Positions 43,786-55,606 of a DNA stretch of 64,000 bases are shown here, piece after piece (the first letter of the stretch is position 1; every line of letters starts with the position of its first letter). The DNA lies in NCBI GenBank assembly GCA_025558095.1, contig JAIVFI010000038.1:310001-374000 (forward strand), written 5' to 3'. Source of the DNA: Hyaloraphidium curvatum SAG 235-1 (lineage: Eukaryota > Fungi > Monoblepharomycota). Both the position numbers and the translations under genes were made by a program. The notes below the pieces were generated by a model that did not search any database, was not told where the DNA came from, and saw only the letters and a program-made list of their open reading frames with translations.

Positions 43786-46700
43786 CTAGTCCTCGATCCC
43801 CTCCTCCTCCGGGATCCCGATCCCCATCGCCAGCCCCTCGATCGCCTGCTGCGGGATCGGCGCCCCCGCCGCGGCCCACCTGTCGAACGCCCCCCCGCCC
43901 GCTGGCGCCCCGGGCTTCCTGTCCAGCCCGCGGCGGTACTTCCACGCCACCCGCAGGCCCGAGAGCTGGAACGGCGGCGACGGCGCCGCCGAGATGCCGA
44001 GGATCGGGCGGGGCGCGCGCGGCTCGCCGTCGGGCCCGCCAGGGGAGGGAACGCCCAGGGACGAATCGCCCGTCCCGGCGTGAGCCGGCCCCGGGCGCTC
44101 GTCCCGCGCTCCGTCCCGGGAGCGGGACCGCGGCCTGCGCGGCGCCTCGAGGCGGAACTCGCGGTCGCCGCCCTGCCCCCACTCGGGCCCCGAACGCCGG
44201 TCTGTGTGCACCTGCAGCCGCGCGACGAAGGGGCGGCCGAAGCCGACGGCGGTGGAGCCGGTGATCCGGACGATCTGCTCGCCGGGCTCGAGGATCATGA
44301 CGTCCGTTGGGGGGCGGAGGAGGTGCCGCTTGCCGAGCCGCCTGAAGGTGTGGTCCGAGAGGTAGATCCCGATACCTGCGCCGGAACCCATCAGCACATG
44401 CGTGCAGCACGAGCAACCGACGTACCCTCGACGCCCGCGACCGCCCCCGTCCACACCACGATCCTCCTCACCCCCCCACCCTTGTCCGCCAGCTCCTCCC
44501 ACGTGATCTCCTTCCCCGCCGAATCGTCCGCCCCCGGCCCCCCCGCCCCGCCGCTCCACACGAGCCCCACGTCCTCCTCCTCGTCCTCGTCAAACGTTTC
44601 CCGGTCCGGCGAGAAGAGCTGCGCCAGGTTGGGGCTCGCTGGCTCCTGTGGCGCCCCCGTGGCCCGGCGCACGCTGCGGTGCGAGGCCTGGTTGCGCCGG
44701 AGGATCTCGCGCGCGGCGTCCTGGACCATGCGCGCGGTCAGGTGGAGGATTTCAGAGTGCGGGTGCGAGGGGGGGACGGGGGGGTGGTTGAGCACGCGGC
44801 CGGCGTCGTCGAGCTCCCAGAAGTCGAGGATTGTGCCTGTGGGAAAGTCGGTCAGCCATTCGAACACAAGTCCTGGCAGCCGACCAAGGCACCCACCGCT
44901 GTCCTCGGGCACCGTGATGTCCACCGCCGAATCCAGCAGCAGCTGCAGCCGCACCACCTCGTCCTCGAACTCCACTCCCGTCTTGCCGACCATCCTGTCG
45001 GCCGCCTCCCTCGCCAGCCCGCAAAACACCCCCGCCCCGGGCGTGATCATGAAAGTCCCCCCGCCCGTCTGCGCATCCCGCTCCGCCTCCTCGGGCGTGC
45101 TCGTGCCGTCCTCGGCGCACCGGAACAAATAGGCGTACGCGGCGTCGGCGAACCGGAGCAGCCTTTCCACCTGCGCCGCGGGGAACCCCAGCCCGTCCTG
45201 CGCGCCCGCGTGCGCGCGGTGCGCCCGCATCAGCGCGCACACGGCGTCGACCGCCAGCCTCGCCCGCGCGGGCGTCCACCCGTCCACCTCGGGGAGCAGG
45301 AACGCGTCCAAGACGGTGCCCTCCCACCCCGGCCGCGCCTCGAACCGCGGCGCAAACACGCCAAACAGCACCCCCGGCCACTCGCCCTCGTCCCAGCTCC
45401 CCACCAGCACGCGGACAAACGCCCGCGAACGCACCTCGAACCCCTCCCTCTCCCTCCTCCTTGCCTCGTCCGCCCCGCCCGCGCGCAGCATGCCCGCCAG
45501 CATCGGGTTCCCGCGCGCCGCCTCCCTCGCCAGCGCCCTGCTCTTCGCGCCGCCGCCGAGCACCGGCAAGGTGAGCGTGTCCCATATCTCGCGGAGCCGC
45601 TCCGCCGCCCACCCCCGCAGCGCCTCCGGGCCCGGCACCCCGCCGAGCAGCATGCCCTCGGCCAGCAGCCGCAGCGGCGCCGCGTCCTCCGTGTCCCACA
45701 GCGCCACCACCGTCCCCCTGCTGAGCCCGAACCCGAGCCGCTCGGCCTCGGGGTTGGACAGCGCGGTGCGGAGCGCGGGCAGGGGGGCCAGCCGGAGGAG
45801 ATGCGCGATGAGCTGCGGGGCGGCCTGGGAGGGAGGCATCGCGGCGCGGCGGAGGAGGGAGGAGAGGAGGGGGGGGGAGTGCACAAGGAGGGAGGAGAGG
45901 AGGGAGAGGGCTGGTTGCGCGAGGGAGGGGGGGTGCGGCGGGCGGGGGCGGAAGATGGGCGGGCGGGGGGAGTACAGGTAGCTGTGGGGATTGAGAGCGG
46001 CAATCAGTATTCCAAACCTGTTCGAGCCGCCCGTCGATACCCACGCGAAGATGATCCGTCGCACCTCGGCGCGGTTGCGCACGTACGCCGCCCTCCTTGC
46101 GGCGAGCCACCTCCTCCCCCCTTCCTCGCCGTCCCAGTCGCCCCCGTCCCCGTCGTCCCCCAGCTCCAGCCGCAGCAGCCTCTCCAGCAGCAGCTCGTCC
46201 CGCCCCAGCAGCGCGATGTGCGCTGGGCCGTAGGCCGCCGAGGCGCAGGCGAGCACGTGCGTCAGGAGCACCTGGTCGTGCGGCTGCGGAGCCTGCGGGG
46301 GGCTGTGCCGCGGGGGGAGGGGGAGGAAGGCGAGTGAGGGGGGGAGTGGCACGGGGGCGGGTTGCGAGGGGGACGGGGCGGGGGTGGGGTCCGTGGAGGT
46401 GCTTGAAGCGCTGTCGTCGTCGGAGCCGGAAGCGCCGGAAGCCTCGTCCATGTCGGCGTCGTCCTCAGGCTCCGTCGTGGCGACCTCGTCATCGTGCTGC
46501 ACCCCATCCTCGCCGTCGGACAACATCGGGTCGATCGCCTCGAGCGCCGGCGGCCCCGCTGGCTCGCCGTCGGCGATGGCGCCCGGGGGCATGTTGGCGG
46601 CCAGCCAGTCCGCCGCGAGCGCGGGGGCGTCCGCCAGAATGAACTCCTGCACCCCGGGGAGCGCCCCCAGCGCGGCCAAGTTCTGCGCCGGGTTGTCGCC

Positions 46701-47297
46701 GTTCCACTCGACGGGCACCCAGCCCTGCTCGCCGTCGCCGGCCACGGTCTCTGCGTCCCACGCGCCGTCCAGCTCGCCGTCGAAGCCGGCGCCGTCCTCC
46801 CTGTCCCACGCGCGGAAGCCGTTGCGCAGGTTGGCGAACCAGCCGAAGAACTCCTGCACCAGGCAGCGCGGCGGCGGGAGCCCGAGGCACAGCAGCGCGT
46901 GGGCGACGGTGGGCGGGTCCGCCGACCCCGCGCTGCCCGCGGCCCCGATCTGGGAGACCGGAGACCACGCGACATCGGCGAACGCCGCGTCATCGTCGTC
47001 GTCGTCGGGCGGCGGCGGGGCCGGGGCGGGGTGGCTGCCGGCCATCATCCGGCGGTGCCTTCGCAGTCCCCCGTGCCACGCTCCGCTCTTTCCATACTGT
47101 TTCACCAGCCATTCTGCGCGAACACTCGGCAGCGACGAGACCGCGCGGAGGGTGCGGCAGGTGCGCGCGAGCCGCGCCACGTCCGCCGCCCTCGGAACCG
47201 CGAGCACAACGAGCGCGAGCAGCTCGGACGGCAGCGACAGCAGCGGCGGCGGCGCCACCACGAGGGCGGCCAGCCCGCGCTCCAAACCGCCCTCCAT
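43786..47297 (-). CDS. F-box protein with a C-terminal jacalin-like region
   Basis: ATG 47297. F-box LLSLPSELLALVVLAVPRAADVARLARTCRTL and an acidic disordered middle. After an intron near 44400: LEPGEQIVRITG..FVARLQVHTDRRSGPEWG. Confidence 0.65.
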
Positions 47298-47409
47298 CGC
47301 GGACTGCGAGCGGCGGAGGTGCGAAGGATGTGGTTGTGGTCGAGTCGCGGCGCCGCAATCAGCAGGCCCGCCTCGTGGATCTTCCGCCCAACCGCCCATC
47401 CATCAGCCG

Positions 47410-48151
47410 CTAGCGCCCTGCAATCCGCCAGAAAAAACCCATCTGCAGCCCCAGCAGCTGCCGCAGCTCGATCGCCGCCGCAAACGGCCCCGAAAACGCG
47501 TCCGCCACGCACCCCCTCGCCGCCGCCACCTCGAGGAACCGCGGCAGCCCCGCCAGCTCCACCCTGTGCACGACAATGTCCTCGTCGTCGCCCAGCTGCT
47601 GCCCCCGCTCCCCGTCCGCGTTCGCCGGGTCGTCCAGGTCCACCTCGCACTCCACGAACCTCATCGTGTCCGACGTCAGATCCGGCGCGTTGCAGAGCAC
47701 CCCCGACACCCGCACGCTCGCAGGATCCGCGCGGAACCCGGTCTCTTCGCGCAGCTCGCGCAGCGCCGCTTCGGCGGGCGACTCGCCGGGGTCCACGAGG
47801 CCCGCGGGCAGCTCGAGCGTGCGGCACCCGACGGCGGGGCGGAACTGCTCGACCAGCAGCGTCGCGGGGGGGTGGCCGGTGCGGCGGAGGAGGGCAAACA
47901 CCGCGACGGCTGGCCGAAAGGGGTCAACGTGGTCGGACGGGGCCCGTCCGGTGGCCGTGCGGGGACCCACAGTCGCAGTCCCCGCCCTCGGGCCGCGTCG
48001 TCCGCTCCGCCGCCTCCCACACGCCCTCCTTCCCGTGCGCGTCGAGGAACCGTATCTTCCTGAGCGCAAGCCATTTGGATTCCTCGCCGTCCCGGAACGG
48101 TTCCTTGGAGACGATGCGGGGCAGCAAGTGGGGAGGGGAGGGCGCGGCCAT
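47410..48151 (-). CDS. Nudix hydrolase, ADP-ribose pyrophosphatase (NUDT5/YSA1-like)
   Basis: KWLALRKIRFLD..WEAAERTT, intron, VEQFRPAV..LELPAG and the Nudix box GLVDPGESPAEAALRELREETG. Confidence 0.9.
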
Positions 48152-48324
48152 CGCAGGTCGGCGTGGAGCGATGCACGCAGTCGGAGCAACTGCAGGCTGC
48201 TGTTCTTGCTCCGGAAACCGGAAGACACGGTGCAGGACCCCGCAAGCGTGCAACCGCCGATCGCGCGCGTCGATCGCGTCCTCCATCCGAACCGCGTCTT
48301 CGCGATTGCCCTCCCTCCGCCACG

Positions 48325-49680
48325 ATGTCCGACGCGTCGGGCTCCTCCCCCATCGGCCACCCGCTCTCCGCCCTGCGCTCCCCCGCCTTCGTCGTGAACC
48401 TCCGCACCGCCGACGCAAACTGCCAGCGCGTCCTCCGCGCGTGCCGCGCCCGCGGCGTCCAATTACGCGCCGGCTTGAAGACGCACAAGACCGCCGGGGG
48501 GGCAAAGCTGATGTTCGGCTGCCTGCCTCCCGGGGAGGGGTGGGAAACGGAGGACAGGGTGGTGCAGAGCGACGGGTGGAGGGTCAACGTTTCCACCCTG
48601 GCCGAGGCGCGCTTCTTCCTCGATCGGAACGCGTCACCCGGGGCAGACGCCGGCGGGGATCGGCCGAGGATAGCGGACATGAACTACCACGTCGCGCCGA
48701 CGCCGGACAAGCTGGACGAGATACTCGCGCTGTCGCAGAGGGTGGCGAGGTTTTCTTTCTTGGTGGATTCGGAGGAGCTGGTGGAGGAGATCGACGCCTG
48801 GGCCGCGCGGCTGGCGGAGGGGGACGGGAAGATGCTGGGGGCAAAACCGCTCGAGGGGTTCGTCAAGGTCGACACGGGCGCGCAGTGGGTCCCTCTCCAC
48901 CCCGCGCAAAAGTGCACTCACTCCGAATCCCTCCCTTCCAGCCGCGCCGGCGCCGACGACCCCCTCCGCCTCGCCCAACGCATCCGCGCCAGCCCGCACC
49001 TCCGCCTCCGCGGGCTCTACTCCTTCTCGGGCCACTCGTACTCCTGCAGTTCCGAGCCGGATCTGCTCGCCGTCTCCCTCGCCGAACGGCGGCAGCTCCG
49101 CCAGCTCGCCTCCCAGCTCGCCGGACTGGGCATCGCCTGCGAGGATCTGAGCGCGGGATGCACCCCCGTCGCCCTCGTCCTGGACTCGGCCGGCGCGGAC
49201 GACGGCGAGTGGGAGGGGATCACCGAGGTGCACCCCGGCATGCACGTCTTCCGCGACCTGCAATCGCACCAACCCCCCGCGACCCCTCCGACCCCGGGAA
49301 CGATCGCGCCCTTCGTCCACGCGCGCATCGTCTCCGTCTCGAGGAAGCTGAAGCAGCTGAGGCTCGACGTCGGCGTGCTCGGCCTGTCGCGGGACGTCCT
49401 CCGCGACGGCACCTTCGGCCGCATCGTCGGGCACCCGGGATGGAAGATCGTCTCGCTGAGCCAGGAGCTCGCCATCGTCAAGGGCCTCTCGGACGCGGAC
49501 CTGGACGACCCCGCGCTGCGGCCGGGGAGGTGCGTCAAGGTGTGGATGCCGCACTGCTGCCTCACCGCGGCGTGCTACCGGAGCTACTGGATCGTGGACG
49601 AGGAGGCGGGGAGCGAGGAGGAGTTTGCGACGAGGGATGCGGTGGTGAGGGAGGTGTGGGAGCCGTGTTGGGGTTGGTAG
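48325..49680 (+). CDS. DSD1: PLP fold-type III enzyme, D-serine dehydratase / D-threonine aldolase family
   Basis: SPAFVVN, KTHK (PLP Lys), STLAEA, VKVDTG, GLYSFSGHSY, TEVHPG..VFRD, LSQE and PHCC. Confidence 0.8.
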   Translation: MSDASGSSPIGHPLSALRSPAFVVNLRTADANCQRVLRACRARGVQLRAGLKTHKTAGGAKLMFGCLPPGEGWETEDRVVQSDGWRVNVSTLAEARFFLDRNASPGADAGGDRPRIADMNYHVAPTPDKLDEILALSQRVARFSFLVDSEELVEEIDAWAARLAEGDGKMLGAKPLEGFVKVDTGAQWVPLHPAQKCTHSESLPSSRAGADDPLRLAQRIRASPHLRLRGLYSFSGHSYSCSSEPDLLAVSLAERRQLRQLASQLAGLGIACEDLSAGCTPVALVLDSAGADDGEWEGITEVHPGMHVFRDLQSHQPPATPPTPGTIAPFVHARIVSVSRKLKQLRLDVGVLGLSRDVLRDGTFGRIVGHPGWKIVSLSQELAIVKGLSDADLDDPALRPGRCVKVWMPHCCLTAACYRSYWIVDEEAGSEEEFATRDAVVREVWEPCWGW

Positions 49681-49862
49681 CCAGGAACCTCGGCCGCGCA
49701 CGCCGGACATGTTCGGGCGGCGGGAAGATCGGTGAATGATGAGAGCAGCGGAATGGAATCCCGATACACGATGCGCTATTCACGACTACCAAAAACTACA
49801 CATTCTCACATGAAACACTGGATGATCTTGAAGGTTGGTTGCAACGGTCTTTGAGAATGCCT

Positions 49863-51397
49863 TCAGCGGCCTTCGATGGCGTCGACGCAGTCCGCGACGG
49901 CCGCCATGAGCTTCGATCCGCGCTCGTCGCCCAGGAGGCCCGGGAGCAGCCAGTTGGGCACGAAGCCGAAGGCCACCTCGCGGTAGGGGGCGCATTGCAC
50001 GAGGCTGCCGCCGAATCCGCCCCAGCTGCGAGCATATCGTTTGCAGTCAGCTCAATTCCCATCCATGCGGACACGAATCCACCCACCCGATCCACTCCCA
50101 CCCCTCGCCCAGCTGCCAATCCTTGACCACCGGCTGCGGCGGCACCTTGCTCCAATCCATCAGCTGCTGCATCTCCCTGCGCTCGGGCAGGTTCCACGCC
50201 CAGCCGCCGACGGCCGTGGGCACCATCGCGCCGATCACGGCGTCGGGCAGGTTGGCGTTGCGGGGCTCCCTCTGGAGGCCTTGTTCCCAGATTTCGGGGG
50301 AGAGGAAGCGGTACCCGTCGACGGTGCCTTTGTTGGATGCCGTGAGGGCGTTGGCGAGGGTCGCAAGCTGGAGCAATCAGCGGGGGCGAGGATCAACCAG
50401 CCCTGCCGACGTACAGTCCTGGCGTTGGAAACGCAGCTCGCGCTAGGAGTCTCGCCCTTGAGGTACGTACGGCTGTGGCTGAACATCTGCCCCTTGGCCG
50501 GGTCCGCGTCCTTGATGTTCATCACCGCGACGTTCATCTTGGCCATGGGCAGGTCCGGGGGTAGCGAGGCCATCCCGGCGATCTGCGGGGCAAACTCGGG
50601 GGAGATGACGATGTCGCAAAAGTCGGGGCCCGAGAGGACCTCGTCGGGGACGCCGCAGTGGAGGGCGATGCCGAGCTTCGGGTTCCACTCCTTGCGGGCG
50701 AGCTCGCCGAGGGACATTTTACTATCGGGCCACCGCCGGCGGAGAAGCTCGTTCAAATACCACCCGCGGGTCTGCGCATGGTCTGCGGGGAGGCGGGTGC
50801 GTCAGAAGGCATCCGCATGCGGCGCCGGAAGGAACACCCACAAGCCTTGATGAGCTGCCCGCCCCAGTTGTGCGGCTGCTTCGCGATCCTCTGCGCGAGC
50901 TTGTCCAGGTCCAATCCCGCCTGCCACTCCTCCCACGTCGGCGCGTTCTCGGGGTCCACCCAACCGACGCCTCCCATGTGCTCGAGTAGGTCGCGAACCG
51001 TCACGGCTTCCTTGCCCCCGGCGGCGAACTCGGGCCAAATATCGGCGATGCGATCGTCGAGCGAAAAGAGGCCCTGCGAGACGGCCTGGAGGGTGGCCAG
51101 CCCCATGGCGAACTTGCCCGAGGAATGCACCACCTGCGCCGGGCGCCCCCTGCGTCAGCAAATCTGGTGGCCGCTCGCCGGGGCGACACCCGCATTGACG
51201 GTATCGGTCGTGTACTGCTTCGTCTTGGCCGTGTCGGTGAAGCCGCCGGCGAGGTCAACGACCTTCCTGTTCTTGTAAAAGACGCAGAGCGACGCGCCCA
51301 GGTTGGTGCCCTCCTCGAAGCTCGCTTCAAAGGCCGCCCGGACGCGCTCGAACGCGGGGTCGCAGTGCCCGGAAAGGGCGACTTTCTGGTGCGCCAT
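49863..51397 (-). CDS. Beta-lactamase-family serine hydrolase (EstB-like), multi-exon
   Basis: GHCDPAFERVRAAF, GASLCVF, VVDLAGG, SxxK (SSGK), WPEFAAGGKEAVTVRDLLEH and C-terminal GFGGS..AFGFVPN. Confidence 0.9.
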
Positions 51398-51787
51398 GGT
51401 TGCCTGTCTCCCACGTAAGGACCTGTCAGCCATGCGACCAAGGCTGGAAGCCTGCGCGCGGAAACTCGCTTGCCGGCGGTAGGGCACAATCTAGTCGGCG
51501 TCAGCTGCTCGCCAGTCCCGGAAGGAGGCACGGATGGCATCCCGGGCGGTGCGGGCCATTCTTTGGCCGATCTGTTGCGCGTTGCGGGGTGAATCAACCA
51601 AGCGTATGGCTTCACTGTCGCTTCCATCCGTGCCGCAGCTCATGTTATTTGGCTTAGCTTTCAAGCTGGTTTTGGCACAGTCCGACCAGCTTGGTTGAGA
51701 GTCGAGCTGACGAAGTTCGAGTTCCGAGTCAGTCACGGACCCCGGCAGATAGCATCACTTTCTTTTTGACCGACCATGGCACCTACC

Positions 51788-53057
51788 ATGAGCTGGACCT
51801 CGGCCCCCGTGCTGCCTTCGGGCCCGCCGACGTGCGGCCGGTGCGACCCCGATTCGGTGTGCGGCCCGTGCTACTTGCGGCTGCAGCGCCTCCCTGTGAA
51901 GTGGGACCCGCGCGTCGTGCTCCCCGGGGCGTGCCGGGAACTCGAGCTCGTTGTGCGCTCGATAGACCTTCCCGAGAACACAGAGGCGGCCAGAGACTGG
52001 GAGTAGGCGGGTACGGCGACTACGGGCATCGTTGACTTGTCGACGCCTGCGGCCAAAGCTCTGGCCCGCGAGGCGCTCCGCACGCTCTGCTGCGCCGGGT
52101 TCGCAGGGCGCTGCTCACGGTCAGCTTCTGCATCAGCTTCGGGTCGCTGGGGTGGCACAAGAAGGTCACGGCGGCGGTCGACTGGGCGGAGGCTTCCGTG
52201 TCGGTGCTCCTCGACCGCATCAAGGACCTGGGCCGCTTCCCGGACCTGCAGGAGTACCAAGACTGCGAATATGCCGCCCACATATGTGCCCACTTTTCCA
52301 ACGAAAACGAAGGGCTTCGCAGCGACCAAAAGCGCGTCGCAAGGTGGATCTGGCAGCATGAGACTCTCCTCGGCCTTGTCAGTAAACGGCTGGCAACAGT
52401 CGAGAAGCTCGGATCGCTTGTGCGAAGGCGTGGTTGAACAGTAGTCACTCCTCTAGAGTAGCGGATGAGGCCAAGCAGGTCCTGCGGAACCTGGTGGTGA
52501 ACGCAGCGCACACCTTGAGCAAGATCTACCAGATGCCGGGATCCGGCATGGCCAAGGCTACGGCCTCGCTCAAGAGGAATGCGGCGCTGCGGCTCATCGT
52601 CGACGCCGGATCGACGGATCCGAAAGATCTCGTCCTCATCGCCGCGGCCGAGTACGATCTCGGTTGCCAGGCCATGAACGGCTCGCACGGTGGTCCGCCC
52701 GACGCCCGCGTGGCCAATCTCCACTGGTTTCGCGCCGCGGAGCTCGGCTACCCGGGAGCCATGAGGAACCTCTCCGTCAGCTTCATCAAGGGGAACGGCG
52801 TGCCTACGGACGCGGCCCAGGCCGAGTACTGGATGGACCGCCATGACAAGGCGATCTCGGACCCAGCGAACAAGGCCAGGTTCGCCAACGTCTCGACCGC
52901 CCTGGCCGCCCTGGCCGCCCTGGTCGTCCGGGTCATCGGAATCCGACGGGGCAAACGCCGGGTTCCTCTTCGGCGCTGTGGGAGCCTCGCCGTGAACCGA
53001 GCCATCCTTCTTACTCCCCAACATGTGCGCACTAACCTTTGGCGACGGGAAGCCTGA
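51788..53057 (+). CDS. Sel1-like repeat protein with a Cys-rich N-terminus (spliced)
   Basis: N-terminal CGRC..CGPC and the Sel1 motif WFRAAELGYPGAMRNLSVSFIKGNGVPTD. Exon limits and 3' end uncertain. Confidence 0.55.
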
Positions 53058-53841
53058 AGGCGATCCTGTTGTAAGGCTCGGTCGGCACAGTCGCCTCGTC
53101 CGCCTTGCGCTTCGTGCCCGCAGTGGGCGGCACGTTCTCCGTGTCCCCAGGCACCGACGTGCCCCATCCCTGTCCCTGTCCGCCCCGGACAGCGTCCTGT
53201 CCGACTTGCTCAGGCGCCGAAGGGGTTGCCGGCCGGTCGGGCGGCGCAACACCGCGCGGCACCCCCGCGGTCCGCAGCATGCGATTGCAGACGTCCTCCC
53301 CCAACCGCTCCCGCAGCACCATGCGCACCGACGTCGTGGCAACCAGGTACCCGGACTCCCCTTTCGCGTCGCGGCAGAAGATGTCGACGTGGTGCGAAAA
53401 GTCGAGCATGATGTGGACGACTTCGGGGAGGTTCCGAACGCACGCGTCCAGGAAGGGGGTGTTTCCGTGCGGCTGCTCGGGGATGTTGGGGTCCGGCCTG
53501 CCGTCGGCGAGCAGCGCCTTGAGCGCCTCGCGAGATTTTGAGCGCACCGCAACGGCGACGGCGGAGACCCCATGCGGCCCCGGGGGGTCGACGGCAGTCC
53601 GGGGGTCCCGCAGCAGCCGGCGCACGCAGCCCGCTCTGTCCATCTCGGCGGCGAGCTGTGTGTGGCCGCCCCGCCGGGCGTTCGGGTCGGCGCCCGCGGT
53701 CAGAAGAATCCCAACTTTGCCCGCGTCCTGCGCGCGCACCGCCGCAAAGAGCAGCGCCCCGGCGTCGGCAGACGGGTCGACGCGGACGCCGGTGCGCGTG
53801 ACCACGAGGCCCGTCGACAGCGGCGGCTCCTTCACCGGCAT
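53032..53841 (-). CDS. Ankyrin repeat protein
   Basis: LLFAAV..VGILLTAGADPN, ALKALLADGRPDPN and GNTPFLDAC..VVHIML. Confidence 0.8.
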   Translation of the reverse strand: MPVKEPPLSTGLVVTRTGVRVDPSADAGALLFAAVRAQDAGKVGILLTAGADPNARRGGHTQLAAEMDRAGCVRRLLRDPRTAVDPPGPHGVSAVAVAVRSKSREALKALLADGRPDPNIPEQPHGNTPFLDACVRNLPEVVHIMLDFSHHVDIFCRDAKGESGYLVATTSVRMVLRERLGEDVCNRMLRTAGVPRGVAPPDRPATPSAPEQVGQDAVRGGQGQGWGTSVPGDTENVPPTAGTKRKADEATVPTEPYNRIAFRLPVAKG

Positions 53842-54095
53842 TGTTTGAGCCTTTATTGTGTCGGAAGGGAGTGGGGGACGGTGGTCCCGCTTGCTCTCGC
53901 CCCCCTGCTGAATCCCGGATTAACCCCCGGTCGAAACTGCCCACGGCTACCGACAGAGCAGTGCAGAATCCTCGGAGTGCACCCTCAAGACTGGGGACCC
54001 ACTTGAGATGGTGGAAGACGCATCTCGTTCTCCTGTTTCGCGCATCGAAGTCAATTCCAGCCCGCAAGATATACATCCGCTCTCCTCTCTGTCGC

Positions 54096-55064
54096 TCACG
54101 GGCCCCTTGGCTGCCGCCGGTTGACATTTTGCCAATATGCTTTGAGGTCCACGTCCGGTGCGGGCCCTCGGTGGTGGTGGTGGTGCGCCGGGCCCGGGAG
54201 CGGGTCCGATTCCCCGCGACTCACGCTCTGCAACCCCATGCGCCCAAAGTCCATCCATGGCCTGTGCGGAGGCGATGACTGGAGCGGATGTCCAGTCCGC
54301 GTCGCGGATGCTGGCGGCGCGGAGGACGCTTCGCCCGCGAGGGGCCGCGTGTACCTCGCCGGGCTTCCTTCTTCGTCGTGCCAGAGCACCGTCTCCGAAA
54401 ACCGCACCCGCTTCTTGACCTGGCCGTCCCCAGACAGCGAGATCGAGAGCGCCCGCCTGGCAGCGTACTGGGCCCGCCACGATTCGATGACCGGGCCATC
54501 CGACTGCGCATAGGGCGCCGTCCTGCAGCTGCCCGTCCTAACGGCCGGCGGCTCCGTCCCGGCTTCAGTGTTCATCACCGTAAGGGGATCCGCATCCGAA
54601 TGCTCGGAATCCGAATCCGTGTCGGTGACCGAGCCGCGGTCGTCCTGGCACTCGGTACGAGCGTCCGCCTCGGATCCGCTGCTCCCCACCGCCGCGTAAA
54701 ACCCGTCTCGCACCGTCTTCCAAGCAACCTCGCCATTACCCGCAGGCACGGGCACCGGCCTCGCCGAGAAGAGCGCGGGGGCCTTTCTCCCCTGTGCCAA
54801 GGCCGCCGTCCCCTCGGAATAATTGTCCGCGGTCCGCCCGCGTTCCTCCCGGTCGGCTTCCACGAGCGTCGCATCGCTGGACTTCCTCAGCACGTCCTCC
54901 CACTCGGGCTGCTCCCCGATGCCCACCACCTCGTCCCCGTCGGGGTCGGCGTCCCCTTCGCCGCCGGCGCGCTCCCAGAGCCGAGGCACCAGCGCCTTCA
55001 CGTACGTCGTGTCCTTGACCAGCTGCCCCACATCGTCGCCCAAGCACGGCGGTGAGAGAGACAT
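54096..55064 (-). CDS. Hypothetical disordered protein with an RVxF motif
   Basis: ATG 55064, acidic low-complexity composition and KKRVRFSE. 3' end uncertain. Confidence 0.45.
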   Translation of the reverse strand: MSLSPPCLGDDVGQLVKDTTYVKALVPRLWERAGGEGDADPDGDEVVGIGEQPEWEDVLRKSSDATLVEADREERGRTADNYSEGTAALAQGRKAPALFSARPVPVPAGNGEVAWKTVRDGFYAAVGSSGSEADARTECQDDRGSVTDTDSDSEHSDADPLTVMNTEAGTEPPAVRTGSCRTAPYAQSDGPVIESWRAQYAARRALSISLSGDGQVKKRVRFSETVLWHDEEGSPARYTRPLAGEASSAPPASATRTGHPLQSSPPHRPWMDFGRMGLQSVSRGESDPLPGPAHHHHHRGPAPDVDLKAYWQNVNRRQPRGP

Positions 55065-55606
55065 TATCAACGCGCTTTCGTCGGTTTGGATTGCGGCAGC
55101 GGTGGCGTATCGGTCGGTATCCCTGGGCGGCGTCCCCGGCACAGCAGAACCTTGTCCCCCGGGCTTGCCGGACCTCAGAGCGGGGAAACAGTAAGCGGGC
55201 GTCACCAGGGAGTGGGGAGGGGCTGTCGAGGGGGCTGCGCCGGTTTCGTCGCAGGCGGCGGCGGGGCGGCCGGCGCTGATCCTCCTCCCGACCGGGCCCC
55301 AAGGCTTCTCTACACCGACCGTAGATGCACGCAGCGCGGCCTTGTGCACCCGAAAGAATCGTGAGACAACACTGTGATGAATGGTGGCGCGATTTGTCCG
55401 CCGGACGCGCCGGGCGTTGGGAAAGTGCGTGGCCTGGTCAGCGTAAGCCCCGCCGGCGGGCGGGAATGGGCTTCTGCCCGAGCCCGCCGTCCCCACACGA
55501 GATGGGATGGATCGGGAAATCGGATCGGCCCCACGGCAGAACTCTGTCTTGGATCCCTCCCGCGTCTTCTAGACAAAGCCACGAAACCATATCATAAGAA
55601 CTAGCT

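Noticed and set aside
46384-49739. Long Arg/Ala/Pro-rich ORFs (559 aa and 1081 aa)
   Set aside because: GC-rich shadow frames overlapping the F-box, Nudix and DSD1-like genes.
49863-51397. Antibiotic-resistance beta-lactamase
   Set aside because: The motifs fit the EstB-like esterase branch common in fungi. Nothing indicates true beta-lactamase activity.
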